The position numbers and the translations under genes were made by a program. From Planctomycetales bacterium (GTDB lineage Bacteria > 4484-113), in the NCBI GenBank assembly GCA_037441675.1, contig JBBIRS010000003.1, positions 128,001 to 192,000 of the forward strand: 64,000 nt of DNA, read 5' to 3'. Every line of letters starts with the position of its first letter. Positions within the stretch are counted from its first letter, which is position 1. Shown piece by piece: positions 48,626 to 58,120 of this stretch. Under the pieces are notes generated by a model. It did not search any database. It was not told the DNA's origin and saw nothing but the letters and a program-made list of their open reading frames with translations.

Positions 48626-49624
48626 ATGAATATAATGTTGAGATTATTGCTTCTGCACTTAATGGCAATTATTACTTTCACAATTTCACTTATCCCAGTA
48701 GAGTTCGCGCAGAGTATATCACCTGAAGAGTTTCGCGCAATCGCTCAGGCGCAACTGGAAACTCTTCACTATCAGCTTCATCTTTACCTAAAGAAAACTG
48801 TGAGACCAGCAGGAGAGAGACAGCGGTATCCCGTTGACCTGGAGCAACTTAGAAATAGCCCATTTTACTTTATTGAAGTTTTTAACATGTATACAGGAGA
48901 GCCGATACAGCAAATAGCTTTCAAGCCTTCACCGGATGACTATTACGCGGTTGAGACGACCTTTTTACCTCAACCGCCACATCAGCGAACGCCAGAGACA
49001 CTCGCTCAGGGTTTATCCCTTGAAATGGTTGGTGAGAGCCCAAAGAAAGTTGACCCAACCAAAATCGTTCCACAAAGAGCGGGTGACCTTTTCTATTACA
49101 CCGAAGGTGACAGTTTACAGCTAGTCATATTTGATGATACTGGGCACTGGTTGGAGCTTTACCTCAAGACTCCGCACAACTTTCGCGCGGACAGTATCAA
49201 GCTTGTGGAAACTACAGGCGGACTGAACAATTTTCTTATATCCGCCCTTGCAACTCATTTGGAGCTTATGCTTCCTAGTATGATTGCGAGGCGTAACTTT
49301 ATCCTTGGCAGAGGAGAAACTTCGGCTTCAATAATCAAAGGTCAATTACTCTCAAACTTCACTAGGTTTTCTCAATCACTGTATTTGCTGTATTTGAATC
49401 CGATTAGGAAAAGCGAGCTTGTGAAATCAGAGCGCGTCTCGTTGGGGGATATTGCCATTGCTGATTGGCTGAAGCCAGTTACTAGAGCGGGGGAAATTTA
49501 TTACTTCACCGAGGGCGGAAAGGTTAGATCGCTTCTTGAGCTTACTGATAAAGACGTCTTTTTAACGAGAAGAGCCGAGTTTCAGAAGCGCGACGCAGTG
49601 GTTAAGAAAATGCTTCAGGGATAG
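48626..49624 (+). CDS. Hypothetical exported protein
   Basis: Long ORF with N-terminal hydrophobic signal; family not recognised; start uncertain. Confidence 0.6.
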   Translation: MNIMLRLLLLHLMAIITFTISLIPVEFAQSISPEEFRAIAQAQLETLHYQLHLYLKKTVRPAGERQRYPVDLEQLRNSPFYFIEVFNMYTGEPIQQIAFKPSPDDYYAVETTFLPQPPHQRTPETLAQGLSLEMVGESPKKVDPTKIVPQRAGDLFYYTEGDSLQLVIFDDTGHWLELYLKTPHNFRADSIKLVETTGGLNNFLISALATHLELMLPSMIARRNFILGRGETSASIIKGQLLSNFTRFSQSLYLLYLNPIRKSELVKSERVSLGDIAIADWLKPVTRAGEIYYFTEGGKVRSLLELTDKDVFLTRRAEFQKRDAVVKKMLQG

Positions 49625-49961
49625 GTTTAGATAGTGAGCTCAAGCGCGAAATGGTCCCGTTTGAACTTGCGAGTTCTCTCGTGGAAGCAGACAAAATTTC
49701 CAAATAGGGATAAAGCTTTTGCACATTATCTTGGCGATTCACTATCTAGGAATGGCGCTAGAAATTCGAAGATAGTGCCTTTAATCGGGAAGGGCGAATG
49801 CGTCAGCGCTCGCACAGGTACCCAGGCACCGCTACCGTCCTTACCATTATGGTTAGGGTGCTTCGCCATAGTGGGTAAATACTTCCTTCGTGTGAACAGC
49901 TAGGAGACTCACGGGATCGCGGGCTTCTTTGGCAATATCTTTTCTTTCTTCTGCTAGAGCG

Positions 49962-50005
49962 TTGATTTTTCACTTCATTTATGATACTATACATATGAAT
50001 AGTAT
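49962..50005 (+). promoter_or_regulatory. dinB promoter with overlapping 22-bp palindrome
   Basis: TTGATT-N17-TACTAT; ATACTATACATATGAATAGTAT at 49984-50005. Confidence 0.55.
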
Positions 50006-51218
50006 GTGTGGCTTGGTTGCCATTGCGGATTTGGACACATTTTACGTCAGTGTAGAGCGTTTGCTCAACCCTGATTTGCGGGGCAAGCCGGTAATTGTAG
50101 GCGGTGATGCCCGGGGTCGTGGTATTGTTGCCTCCTGCTCATATGAGGCGCGCGCCTATGGTATCAAGTCCGGGATGAGTGCCCGAGATGCTTTACGCCT
50201 TTGCCCTCACGTAATTATTCTCCCCGGTCACATTCCTTACTATCCTTACTACTCACGGCTGGTGGGCAAAGTCCTTGCAGAATTCACGCCCGACTGCGAG
50301 GCTCTTTCTATTGATGAATTTCTGCTTGATTTTACTGGGATGGAGAGAATTTATCCTGATCCATGGACTTTGGCATCTACTCTTCGCGAGCGTGTATATC
50401 TAGTCACTGGCTTACCGATAAGCATTGGGATAGCTTCTAGTGCGGTAGTTGCCAAGGTGGCTTCCAGTGTGGCGAAACCGGACGGTTTTATTGTGGTTCC
50501 GCGGGGGCAGGAGGCGGAGTTTCTCAATCCACTTCCCGTGGGGAAACTTCCCGGCGTTGGTGAGGTAACGGAATTGGTTCTGGCGAGGCAGGGAGTAACC
50601 ACCATTGGCGAGTTGGCGCAAATGCCACGTCCTGCCCTCCGCTCGCATTTTGGCAGGTGGGGAGATTACCTCTGGGAGAAGGCGCGCGGTATCGGCGGAG
50701 CAGACTCCTGGCTTGGGAGAATGGAGGAAGCGATCCCTCGCTCCATCGGACATCAGACCGCCTTTCCCGCCACCGCGGAGCCCTCCGCCATTCTTGCTGT
50801 GCTCCATAAGTTAGTGCTGAAGTGCGGGTATCGCCTGCGTTCAGCTGGGCTTACCACTCAGCTAGTTGCGGTCAAGTACCGCACCGTTAGCTTTGAGCGT
50901 CAAGGTCACCAACGGTCGCTACCTACCCCTCTCTTCGCGGATGAGGATATCTTCTCGGTTGCCAAGTGTCTTTTGCAGGAGATTTACCCATTTGGGGGCT
51001 CTACTCGGCTGAGAAAGGTGGGAGTTCGGCTTTCTCGGCTGGCGCGGGCGTCCTCAACCATCCCCGTCTTTGCCTCACAGCAATACCAGCAGAAGCAAGC
51101 CTTGTATCGGGCGGTGGACGAGGTGCACGAGCGTTTCGGGCTTGCCTGCCTCACTCCCCTGGCCATGCTTCAGGAGCACAGCTCGGATTCGCCATGGCAT
51201 CATGGCCATCCAGCCTAA
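49995..51218 (+). CDS. dinB: DNA polymerase IV (Y family)
   Basis: ADLDTFYVSVE, SCSYEARAYG, SIDE, AKVASSVAKPDG, LPGVG; start is ATG 49995 or 50004. Confidence 0.93.
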   Translation: MNSMCGLVAIADLDTFYVSVERLLNPDLRGKPVIVGGDARGRGIVASCSYEARAYGIKSGMSARDALRLCPHVIILPGHIPYYPYYSRLVGKVLAEFTPDCEALSIDEFLLDFTGMERIYPDPWTLASTLRERVYLVTGLPISIGIASSAVVAKVASSVAKPDGFIVVPRGQEAEFLNPLPVGKLPGVGEVTELVLARQGVTTIGELAQMPRPALRSHFGRWGDYLWEKARGIGGADSWLGRMEEAIPRSIGHQTAFPATAEPSAILAVLHKLVLKCGYRLRSAGLTTQLVAVKYRTVSFERQGHQRSLPTPLFADEDIFSVAKCLLQEIYPFGGSTRLRKVGVRLSRLARASSTIPVFASQQYQQKQALYRAVDEVHERFGLACLTPLAMLQEHSSDSPWHHGHPA

Positions 51219-51891
51219 GCCATTTCCGTCCTCGCAAATTAGACGCTTGAGATCTGAAGCTGAAGCTCTGCGGGAATGGGCAGGGAACTAGTGATACTAT
51301 TCTCTAATTTTCCGCGTGTGGAAGTGCTTCAGCCCAAGCTTTGTGAAGGTGGACGCTGAATCGATGTGGTAGATGGAAGTGGTGAGGAGGAAAAGCTTAG
51401 AGCTCACGGAAGGAAGACGCCCACGGACATAAGCATCTAGTCCATTCCCCATAGAAGATGGTAGTTGGGAAAGACGAGTGATCCGCCCCGAATTCCACAC
51501 CGTTGCCTTTTGCACTTGGCTACGTGGACATAATCTCAAGGAACCTAGTGTAAACTCGAGGTGGTCAACCACCTCCCAGGTCGCCTCGGTTCGATTTAAG
51601 GTATCGTAATAGTCTTTAAACGGTTAAAAAAGCTTCCTCGCCCGCTTGATGGCTTTTTTGTCCTTTGCTTTCTTTGCATTGTCCGCATCGCAGAGCAAAC
51701 TTATGCACCAGAAGACTATTCCCTGCGGTAAAGGACATCTTTGGGATAAGGCGCGCTCGCTAACCTCTTTTTTCCTCTTGCCAGGAATTGAACTGAGCCA
51801 CGACCCACTCCCACGCCTGCTGGTATTCAGTTTGGTTCATTATCGGTACCCTCCCTCTACCAGACTAGTCATATCTGAGAGCCCGACTCAA

Positions 51892-52628
51892 TCAGCTTTT
51901 TAATCTGCTCCTTCGCGCACGGTAGTGCCAAACTCCGGTATGAGAGCTTTGCCCCCTACGCACTACGCAGATAATATCAATTGGTTCAAAATATTTCGTG
52001 AGCATTTGGTATATCATAAACCCGACCGGTGTGAATCTCCTTTTAACCCTCTGGTCACCGATGAGCCAGCCGAGAACCTTTCCTGGTTTCATTACCCGGT
52101 AACACTCTTTAGCGACTTTTTCAAGTTCCTCATAAAAGCAGGGTCTTCCGCGGATATTTTACCAATATCTGCTGGGTCATCTGAATAGCAAACATTATCA
52201 CCATATGGCGAATCTATGAAAACCATATCAATTATTTCATCATCTAAGGGTAAGTGGCGGGCGTCTGCTTTCTGCACTCGCGGGTGTTGGGGGTTAATGT
52301 CGTAGGCAATGACCGCTCTAAGCTCCTCGTCGCAAACATCGACAGTCGTTCCGCTTCCCGCCATCGGGTCAAGTACCAAGTCACCGGGCTTGGTGTAGCG
52401 CTGGAGCATATTGTAGATAATAAAAGCAGGAGTTACACCCTGAAACTTGTTGTTACCTTTGGGCTTCTTACCGTAGCTTTGCGTTGGATAGTCCCAAAGT
52501 GTTGTCGATTCTATCTTTGGCTTTTCGTCTTCCGCTTCCGATGATTCCTGACCGCAATAGACCTGTAAATCCAAACTAGGTGTAATGGAGGTCGAGCTTT
52601 TCTTCCGTTTTGCTGTTGAATCTGCCAT
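51892..52628 (-). pseudogene. Amino-DNA methyltransferase (N4-C/N6-A type), frameshifted
   Basis: DPMAGSGTT (motif I), FIDSPY (motif IV); frameshift in a T-run at 52134-52137 restores FYEELEKVAKECYRVMKPGK; C-terminus looks truncated. Confidence 0.8.
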
Positions 52629-52633
52629 CGCTA

Positions 52634-53355
52634 TTAAGTCATGCTCCTTAGTTTTCGTAGGTCCTCTATTAACCGCGGAAACAGTCTTACTCGGTCACTT
52701 TCTTCTACTTCCCGAAGAACGTAGGTGCAATCCAAGTCGTGCTCAACAATAATCCTGCCTTTTTTCGCTTTTACCCTCGCAAGTTCTCCACCCTCTTTTG
52801 CCTTTGGTAGTTGCTTTAACAATGTGCCGTCTTCGTCAAGCGTGACGAACCAGCTTCTAATCGCCTTGGTGTGCGGGTCAGCCTTTAACTTGAGGCTCCG
52901 GTTGTTTGAGCGACCCTCTCACGAATGTTACTTTTGCGGATACAATCGCTACCACCTTGCGCGATTCTTTCTCATATATAATCAAATCAGCATCTGGAAC
53001 TACTCCATATCCACCGAACATAACCAACACATTTCGCATTACCGCACTTGATTCCTCATCAAGACGGGCTTTTTCGAGATTGTCGTCCGAAGTCACACTA
53101 TAACCCATAGGGCCGAGATAGTCTTGAAGCACATCTGTCAGTAGTCTCTGGAGATTCTTGCCTTTGAAGGACTTCCACGATTGCTCCGGGTCAGGTTCTT
53201 TACCTTGTGAAATTAGTTTCTTAGCTTTATCGCTCTTAAGATAGTCCGCTTTATGCTTTGACCTTGCTTTCTCAAGCAACTCTGAGATGTGCAGGTATGC
53301 TTTATCTGCGTATTTAGCCTTGAGTTCCCGGTAGAGTCTATAAAGGTCTTCGCAC
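52634..53355 (-). pseudogene. BsaWI-like (CCGG-family) type II restriction endonuclease, degraded
   Basis: EQSWKSFKGKNL, PDADL, SAKVT, then RERVAQT and LKLK..FVTLDEDG in shifted frames; no in-frame start codon for the 5' part. Confidence 0.7.
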
Positions 53356-53455
53356 TTCTTCTACCTTTTTCATTCCGGCATAAATGTGGGCGGATGTCAA
53401 GTGGGTTTGGAGATGTTTGTAGATATGGCGGGAATGAGCAAATGCTCAAAAATGA

Positions 53456-53495
53456 GTGAAGTGCAAGGTGCAAAGGGCAAAGGGCAAAGTGCAGG
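53456..53495. repeat. Degenerate heptamer tandem repeat
   Basis: GTGCAAG GTGCAAA GGGCAAA GGGCAAA GTGCAGG. Confidence 0.65.
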
Positions 53496-53578
53496 GTTCA
53501 ATAGTTTGGAGTTAGTAAGTTTCAGCGCTATATAAGTAGAAGCTCAAAGGGTAAAAGGGCGGCGCGGGACATCAAACT

Positions 53579-53744
53579 GTAGGGCGCGAACTCGTATCGC
53601 GCGGAGATGACGGCGGGGTACAAGTCCCCTTCAGGGTGAACCCGCCCTACAATATTTCAATTTTGGAACTCCCGGCACTAGTCAGCTCCAGGCTGATCCT
53701 CGCCGTGGGGAAAGGACACTCCCGGGGTCGGACGTGATCCAAAG
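53579..53744. repeat. REP-like modular palindromic repeat, copy B
   Basis: GTAGGGCG...CCCGCCCTAC pair, then CTCCAGGCTGATCC and CGTGATCCAAA modules shared with copy C. Confidence 0.8.
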
Positions 53745-53975
53745 TTAGGGGTTTTGCGCATCAGGGATTGTGATGGCTCTATTCCGCCGCAAATGAAAGC
53801 ATTTTTCGAGCGAAAGGGAAATAGCTGAACGCGGTTTAGAGGTAAATTTCAGCTCTTTAAGATAAATGTGATATAGTTAAATCTGCGTCTATTTTTTTTT
53901 CAAGATTATTCAACCGAATACTAGTGATACTAGGGTAATAATTCTTCATACGTTACTAACCAAAAGGAGCGAGCA

Positions 53976-55811
53976 ATGGCTGAAACTGCTGAAAGGCTTG
54001 ACCTAGGGACAACCGCAGATGGAGTAACTTGGGACCTAACGAGTTTCTTCCCTGAGTTTGATGGCTCTGAGATGCGAGCATTCAAGGAGGGACTTGAAAG
54101 GGATATCAAGGAGCTTCAAGGTGAGGTGAACAAGCTTGCGCCAATTAAAACAAGCAACCTGCGTGAATGGGAGGAGCTCATCCTACAATTTGAGGATTTC
54201 AGCGCTAGACTTGCGCATATTTTTGCTTACGTGGGCTGTTTGAAGGCAGCGCATACGGATAAGGATGAATACGCTCAAGAAGAGGCGAAACTGTTGCGCC
54301 TCCACGCTGAAACCGAGAAGTTTATGGTTGATGTAATGTATGGAATTAAAGGCGCATCGGATGCCATTTTTGAGAAGTTCATCTTCCGCCGAAAACTTCA
54401 GCCTGTTGCCCACGCGTTAAGAAAGATTAGAGAGCGTGCCATCAAAACCATGGGTAAGGATATGGAAAAGCTCGCATCAGACTTGAATGTTGACGGACTT
54501 AGGGCTTGGGGCAGGCTGTACGACAAAGTTACCGGGAAGCTCACTTTTGAAATGGTATATCCGGATGGCAGGAGGGAGATAAAGCCAATCTCGCAATGGC
54601 GTTCCCTGATGAGCGATGTGGACAGAGAGATTGGAAGGGCTGCGTATGAGGGAGGAAACCGCGCCTGGGCGGAAATTGAAGACATCTGCGCCTCCTGCCT
54701 TAACGCCATCTCCGGCACCCGACTCACCTTGAACAAATACCGCGGTTACGACCATTATTTGGACGTGGCTCTATTCCAGTCGCAGATAACGAAGGCTAGC
54801 TTGGATGCCATGTTTCAAGCTATTTACGAAAATGTTGAAATCGCACGAGATATATTTAGCTCTAAAGCAAAATTTATGGGCAGAAGCGGGATTTACTGGT
54901 TTGAGCGCGAGGCTCCACTTCCACTTCAAGACACGAAAAAGTATAACTGGAAGGAAGGATCTAAGATGGTGGAGGATGCGTTTGCCAGCGCTTATCCCAA
55001 ACTTGCGAAATACTACCGCTTTGCGCTGAATAACCGTTGGGTTGAATCTGAGGTGCGTCCAAACAAATTGCCTGGCGCTTTTTGCACCGGCTCTGAGTGG
55101 AACAAAGAGCAGAGAGTTTACATGACATTTAACGGCACGCTATCGGATATTGGAACTCTCGCGCATGAGTTTGGTCATGCCTTTCACGGGTACTTAATGA
55201 AAGATATGCGCCCCTTCGCCCAAGAGTATCCTATGACTCTTGCGGAAACCGCGTCCATTTTCGCGGAGCATATTTTTACCGACGGCACACTTAAAAATCC
55301 AAAGATTAGCGATACCCAGAAGCTCATAATGCTGGATGAGGATTTGACTGGCGCGGCGGTTCTGCTTTTGGATATTCCCGTTCGCTTTGAATTTGAGAAG
55401 GCGATGCATGAAGAGCGAATGAAGGGCGAGCTTTCCGTGGAGAGATTAAAAGAGCTGATGGTTGAAAAGCAGAGGGAAATTTTCGGAGATTCAATGCTTC
55501 CCGAGAGCGCAGATCCATACTTCTGGGCTAGCAAGCTCCACTTCTACATTACCGGCGTGACCTTCTACAACTTTCCCTACACCTTTGGCTTTCTTATTGC
55601 CCGAGCCCTTTACAACCTTTACAAGACAAGGGGCGAGAGTTTCTTCCCCAAGTATGAGGAACTTCTAAGGCTAGCTGGAAGTGACATGGTTGAAAATGTG
55701 GTCAAGAAAACAATTGGTGCAGATACTACTGATCCAGGCTTTTGGAGGGAGAGTATAAAGAGCCTGGAAGAACCATTGAGGAACTATAAACGCCTTCTGG
55801 GCGTTGAATGA
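53976..55811 (+). CDS. pepF: M3 family oligoendopeptidase F
   Basis: TWDL, GAFC, TLAHEFGHAFH (HExxH), LAETAS, FYNFPYTFG. Confidence 0.93.
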   Translation: MAETAERLDLGTTADGVTWDLTSFFPEFDGSEMRAFKEGLERDIKELQGEVNKLAPIKTSNLREWEELILQFEDFSARLAHIFAYVGCLKAAHTDKDEYAQEEAKLLRLHAETEKFMVDVMYGIKGASDAIFEKFIFRRKLQPVAHALRKIRERAIKTMGKDMEKLASDLNVDGLRAWGRLYDKVTGKLTFEMVYPDGRREIKPISQWRSLMSDVDREIGRAAYEGGNRAWAEIEDICASCLNAISGTRLTLNKYRGYDHYLDVALFQSQITKASLDAMFQAIYENVEIARDIFSSKAKFMGRSGIYWFEREAPLPLQDTKKYNWKEGSKMVEDAFASAYPKLAKYYRFALNNRWVESEVRPNKLPGAFCTGSEWNKEQRVYMTFNGTLSDIGTLAHEFGHAFHGYLMKDMRPFAQEYPMTLAETASIFAEHIFTDGTLKNPKISDTQKLIMLDEDLTGAAVLLLDIPVRFEFEKAMHEERMKGELSVERLKELMVEKQREIFGDSMLPESADPYFWASKLHFYITGVTFYNFPYTFGFLIARALYNLYKTRGESFFPKYEELLRLAGSDMVENVVKKTIGADTTDPGFWRESIKSLEEPLRNYKRLLGVE

Positions 55812-55900
55812 ACCACGAGGTGATTGTGCAAGTGACTCCATAGCCCTTATTCAAGATAAGTTATGGGCGACTTTCACAATGTTATAATCTAGAAATTGAA

Positions 55901-56863
55901 ATGTTAGTAACTGCTGAAGATCCTCTTAAAGTAATTGAAAGAGTTATTGATGATCCTGGACTTTCCTTTATCGCTAGGAACTTAGTTACGCCTCCATGGA
56001 AAGATGAGGTGAATAGGCGTCCTTTTTTGAGACGTAAACTCCAAAAAGTTCTAGGCGCTCCTGAAAGAAGGGTCAAGCCCAAATTGTTCATTAACGCTGA
56101 AAAACGCAATCTTTCCTTGGCTATTCAACGGGGAGCGGATTTCTTCATCTTTGCAAGATCAAAAAATGGCTATCGGCAAATTTTGGAGGATTTATTTTTT
56201 TGTAGATTTGAGAAGGTCAATGATTTCCTAAGTGATGATATACGTGATATTTGGCAGATGTATAATGAGGGCAAACCCTACATTTTTGTCCATTCACCCT
56301 ATCAAGCATGGAAATGCGGAGTTGAAGTGGGTTTTAAGCCGTCGTTTCCAAAGGATTGGGATGAGAAAAAGATACGAAGGAAGATGCGTATGGGAGATGC
56401 GCGGACTTGGTATGTAACTGGAAAACCTAGATTTAAGAAGCGGATTAAACACTTCTGCAGGGTGATTGAGCGAAGCGATGAGCTACTGCCACTAATAATA
56501 AAGGGAGTAGAGTATGGTGAGGGTGCAAAGGATTATCTTCGCGCCTGCTTACTTTTGGGCCCAAGCTTCGTCTGCGAAGTTGATGGCAAGCCAGTTTGTT
56601 GGTCGGGTACACACCTTTCTGGGACAATGGGAATGATCTATACACCACCAGAACATAGACGCAAAGGCTACGCAGAATCACTTTCCGCATTTCAGATAGA
56701 TTATATGCTTGAGCACTACCGCATTGCTGTCGCGCATGTGGTTTACGGCAACAGGGCAAGCGAGAGACTTCTTCAGAGCTTCGGTGCGGTTCATTCGCCG
56801 GGAACTATTACCTGGCGCACGCTAAATTGGCCGAAGAGAATGTGGAAAAGGCTTGAAGTGTGA
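55901..56863 (+). CDS. GNAT-family acetyltransferase domain protein
   Basis: YTPPEHRRKGYA (motif A), NRASERLLQSFG. Confidence 0.8.
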   Translation: MLVTAEDPLKVIERVIDDPGLSFIARNLVTPPWKDEVNRRPFLRRKLQKVLGAPERRVKPKLFINAEKRNLSLAIQRGADFFIFARSKNGYRQILEDLFFCRFEKVNDFLSDDIRDIWQMYNEGKPYIFVHSPYQAWKCGVEVGFKPSFPKDWDEKKIRRKMRMGDARTWYVTGKPRFKKRIKHFCRVIERSDELLPLIIKGVEYGEGAKDYLRACLLLGPSFVCEVDGKPVCWSGTHLSGTMGMIYTPPEHRRKGYAESLSAFQIDYMLEHYRIAVAHVVYGNRASERLLQSFGAVHSPGTITWRTLNWPKRMWKRLEV

Positions 56864-56870
56864 AGTTTCA

Positions 56871-57620
56871 TCAGTTCATACACCGCTTACAAGCTATTAG
56901 ACCTTCGTAAATTGTGTCATCCGCGATAATTGGGTCTTCGCCGTAAAGATTGAGGTTGTTTGAGTTTCCCTCGAGAATGTCAATGCCCGCAATTCCCGCA
57001 ACCAACGCTTGGAGTTCATCGTGGCTTAGTGTGCTATGCCTTCCTTTTATATTGAATTGGTAAGAGAGGTGGCGATACCTCGCTATTAGTTCTTCATTAC
57101 TGCATCTTCTCTTTGAGGGTAGAGGCTTCATTCCAAGCAATCTCCATTGGGCAAACGGCAAAGTTTCACAGAGGTATGTGCACTCTAAAGGAACATATGC
57201 GCTACGCTTGAATGAGTTTCTGTCTAGTAAATGCATCTTATAGCGTGTTACAAGATGGAAAAATAGTTCTACTGAGAAATGAACGAATGGCAAACAGGTT
57301 CTTGGTTTTGCCAGCCCTCTTTCGCAAACCTTTGCCGGTGCTTTAGCTTGATAGTCTGCAATTCTATAAGGAAGAGTGGAGTTAGGTTTTTTCCATCCCT
57401 GCGGTCCGTCTATAAATAGAATTCGAATTTTTTCCCTTTCACAGAAGTTGAATAAGCTCTGCGCGAGAATTTCAGGGTTCGGCTTGCCGAAAAGGGATAA
57501 CTCATTTGGCTTAATTACAGATACGAATAGTGTTTCAACATTGCAGTAATTGAGAATTACGAAACCGCAGTCATCATAGCTCCTGATTGCAAGGTCAACT
57601 GACAGAACAAGCGGGCTCAT
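56871..57620 (-). CDS. DUF429-like protein (RNase H-like fold)
   Basis: SVDLA, IDGPQGW, ETLP, HDELQAL. Confidence 0.55.
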   Translation of the reverse strand: MSPLVLSVDLAIRSYDDCGFVILNYCNVETLFVSVIKPNELSLFGKPNPEILAQSLFNFCEREKIRILFIDGPQGWKKPNSTLPYRIADYQAKAPAKVCERGLAKPRTCLPFVHFSVELFFHLVTRYKMHLLDRNSFKRSAYVPLECTYLCETLPFAQWRLLGMKPLPSKRRCSNEELIARYRHLSYQFNIKGRHSTLSHDELQALVAGIAGIDILEGNSNNLNLYGEDPIIADDTIYEGLIACKRCMN

Positions 57621-57766
57621 CTCCTTATTTTACTTCTTAGTCTAATGTTTGTGGATGATATTCTGAGAAGAAAAGCCCTTCACAGAACGTGCAAACGATG
57701 TCAAAGTTAAAAGAGAGGTGTTTCATGATCGGTGTGGTGCGAAGTTGTATTGCGCTGAAATTCTCA

Positions 57767-57958
57767 GTGGGTTTGCCCGCCTCCGCGGGGCGTAAACTCG
57801 TATGACGCCGTATTCGGCAGGGTATAAAACCCCGCCCTACAATATTGCAAATCTGGAGCCCACGGCGCTTGTCAACTCCAGGCTGATCCCTGCCATCGGG
57901 AAAGGGCACGCCCGGGGACGGGCGTGATCCAAATTTTTGTGCAAGCTCTCCGCCCTAC
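57767..57958. repeat. REP-like modular palindromic repeat, copy C
   Basis: Two CCGCCCTAC ends; AACTCGTAT, CTCCAGGCTGATCC and GGGCACGCCCGGGGACGGGCGTGATCCAA modules. Confidence 0.8.
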
Positions 57959-58120
57959 AAGTCACAAATGAGCATGTCGGGGGCTCCACTTCAGGGCATG
58001 CCCATCAGTGTAAATCCTCACTACAGTTGAAAATTATGTCGGTGAAAAAACATTTGGCTCCAGACGTTCCAGTTTGAAACTATCTTGCCTAAGATATAAT
58101 AAGATTCTTTATTATTTACA

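Noticed and set aside
49634..49994. Short ORFs upstream of dinB
   Set aside because: No RBS or recognisable motif; may be remnant DNA but cannot be supported.
51287..53932. 13-bp direct repeat ACTAGTGATACTA flanking the R-M remnant as att sites or a target duplication
   Set aside because: CTAGTGATACTA also occurs at 2731 inside a gene, the motif resembles an extended -10, and no integrase is present.
57637..57909. 90-aa ORF on the minus strand
   Set aside because: Runs through REP-like copy C; likely spurious.
57960..58120. T-box riboswitch upstream of glyQS
   Set aside because: No GGTGGNACC T-box or terminator seen; a -10 element lies close to the ATG.
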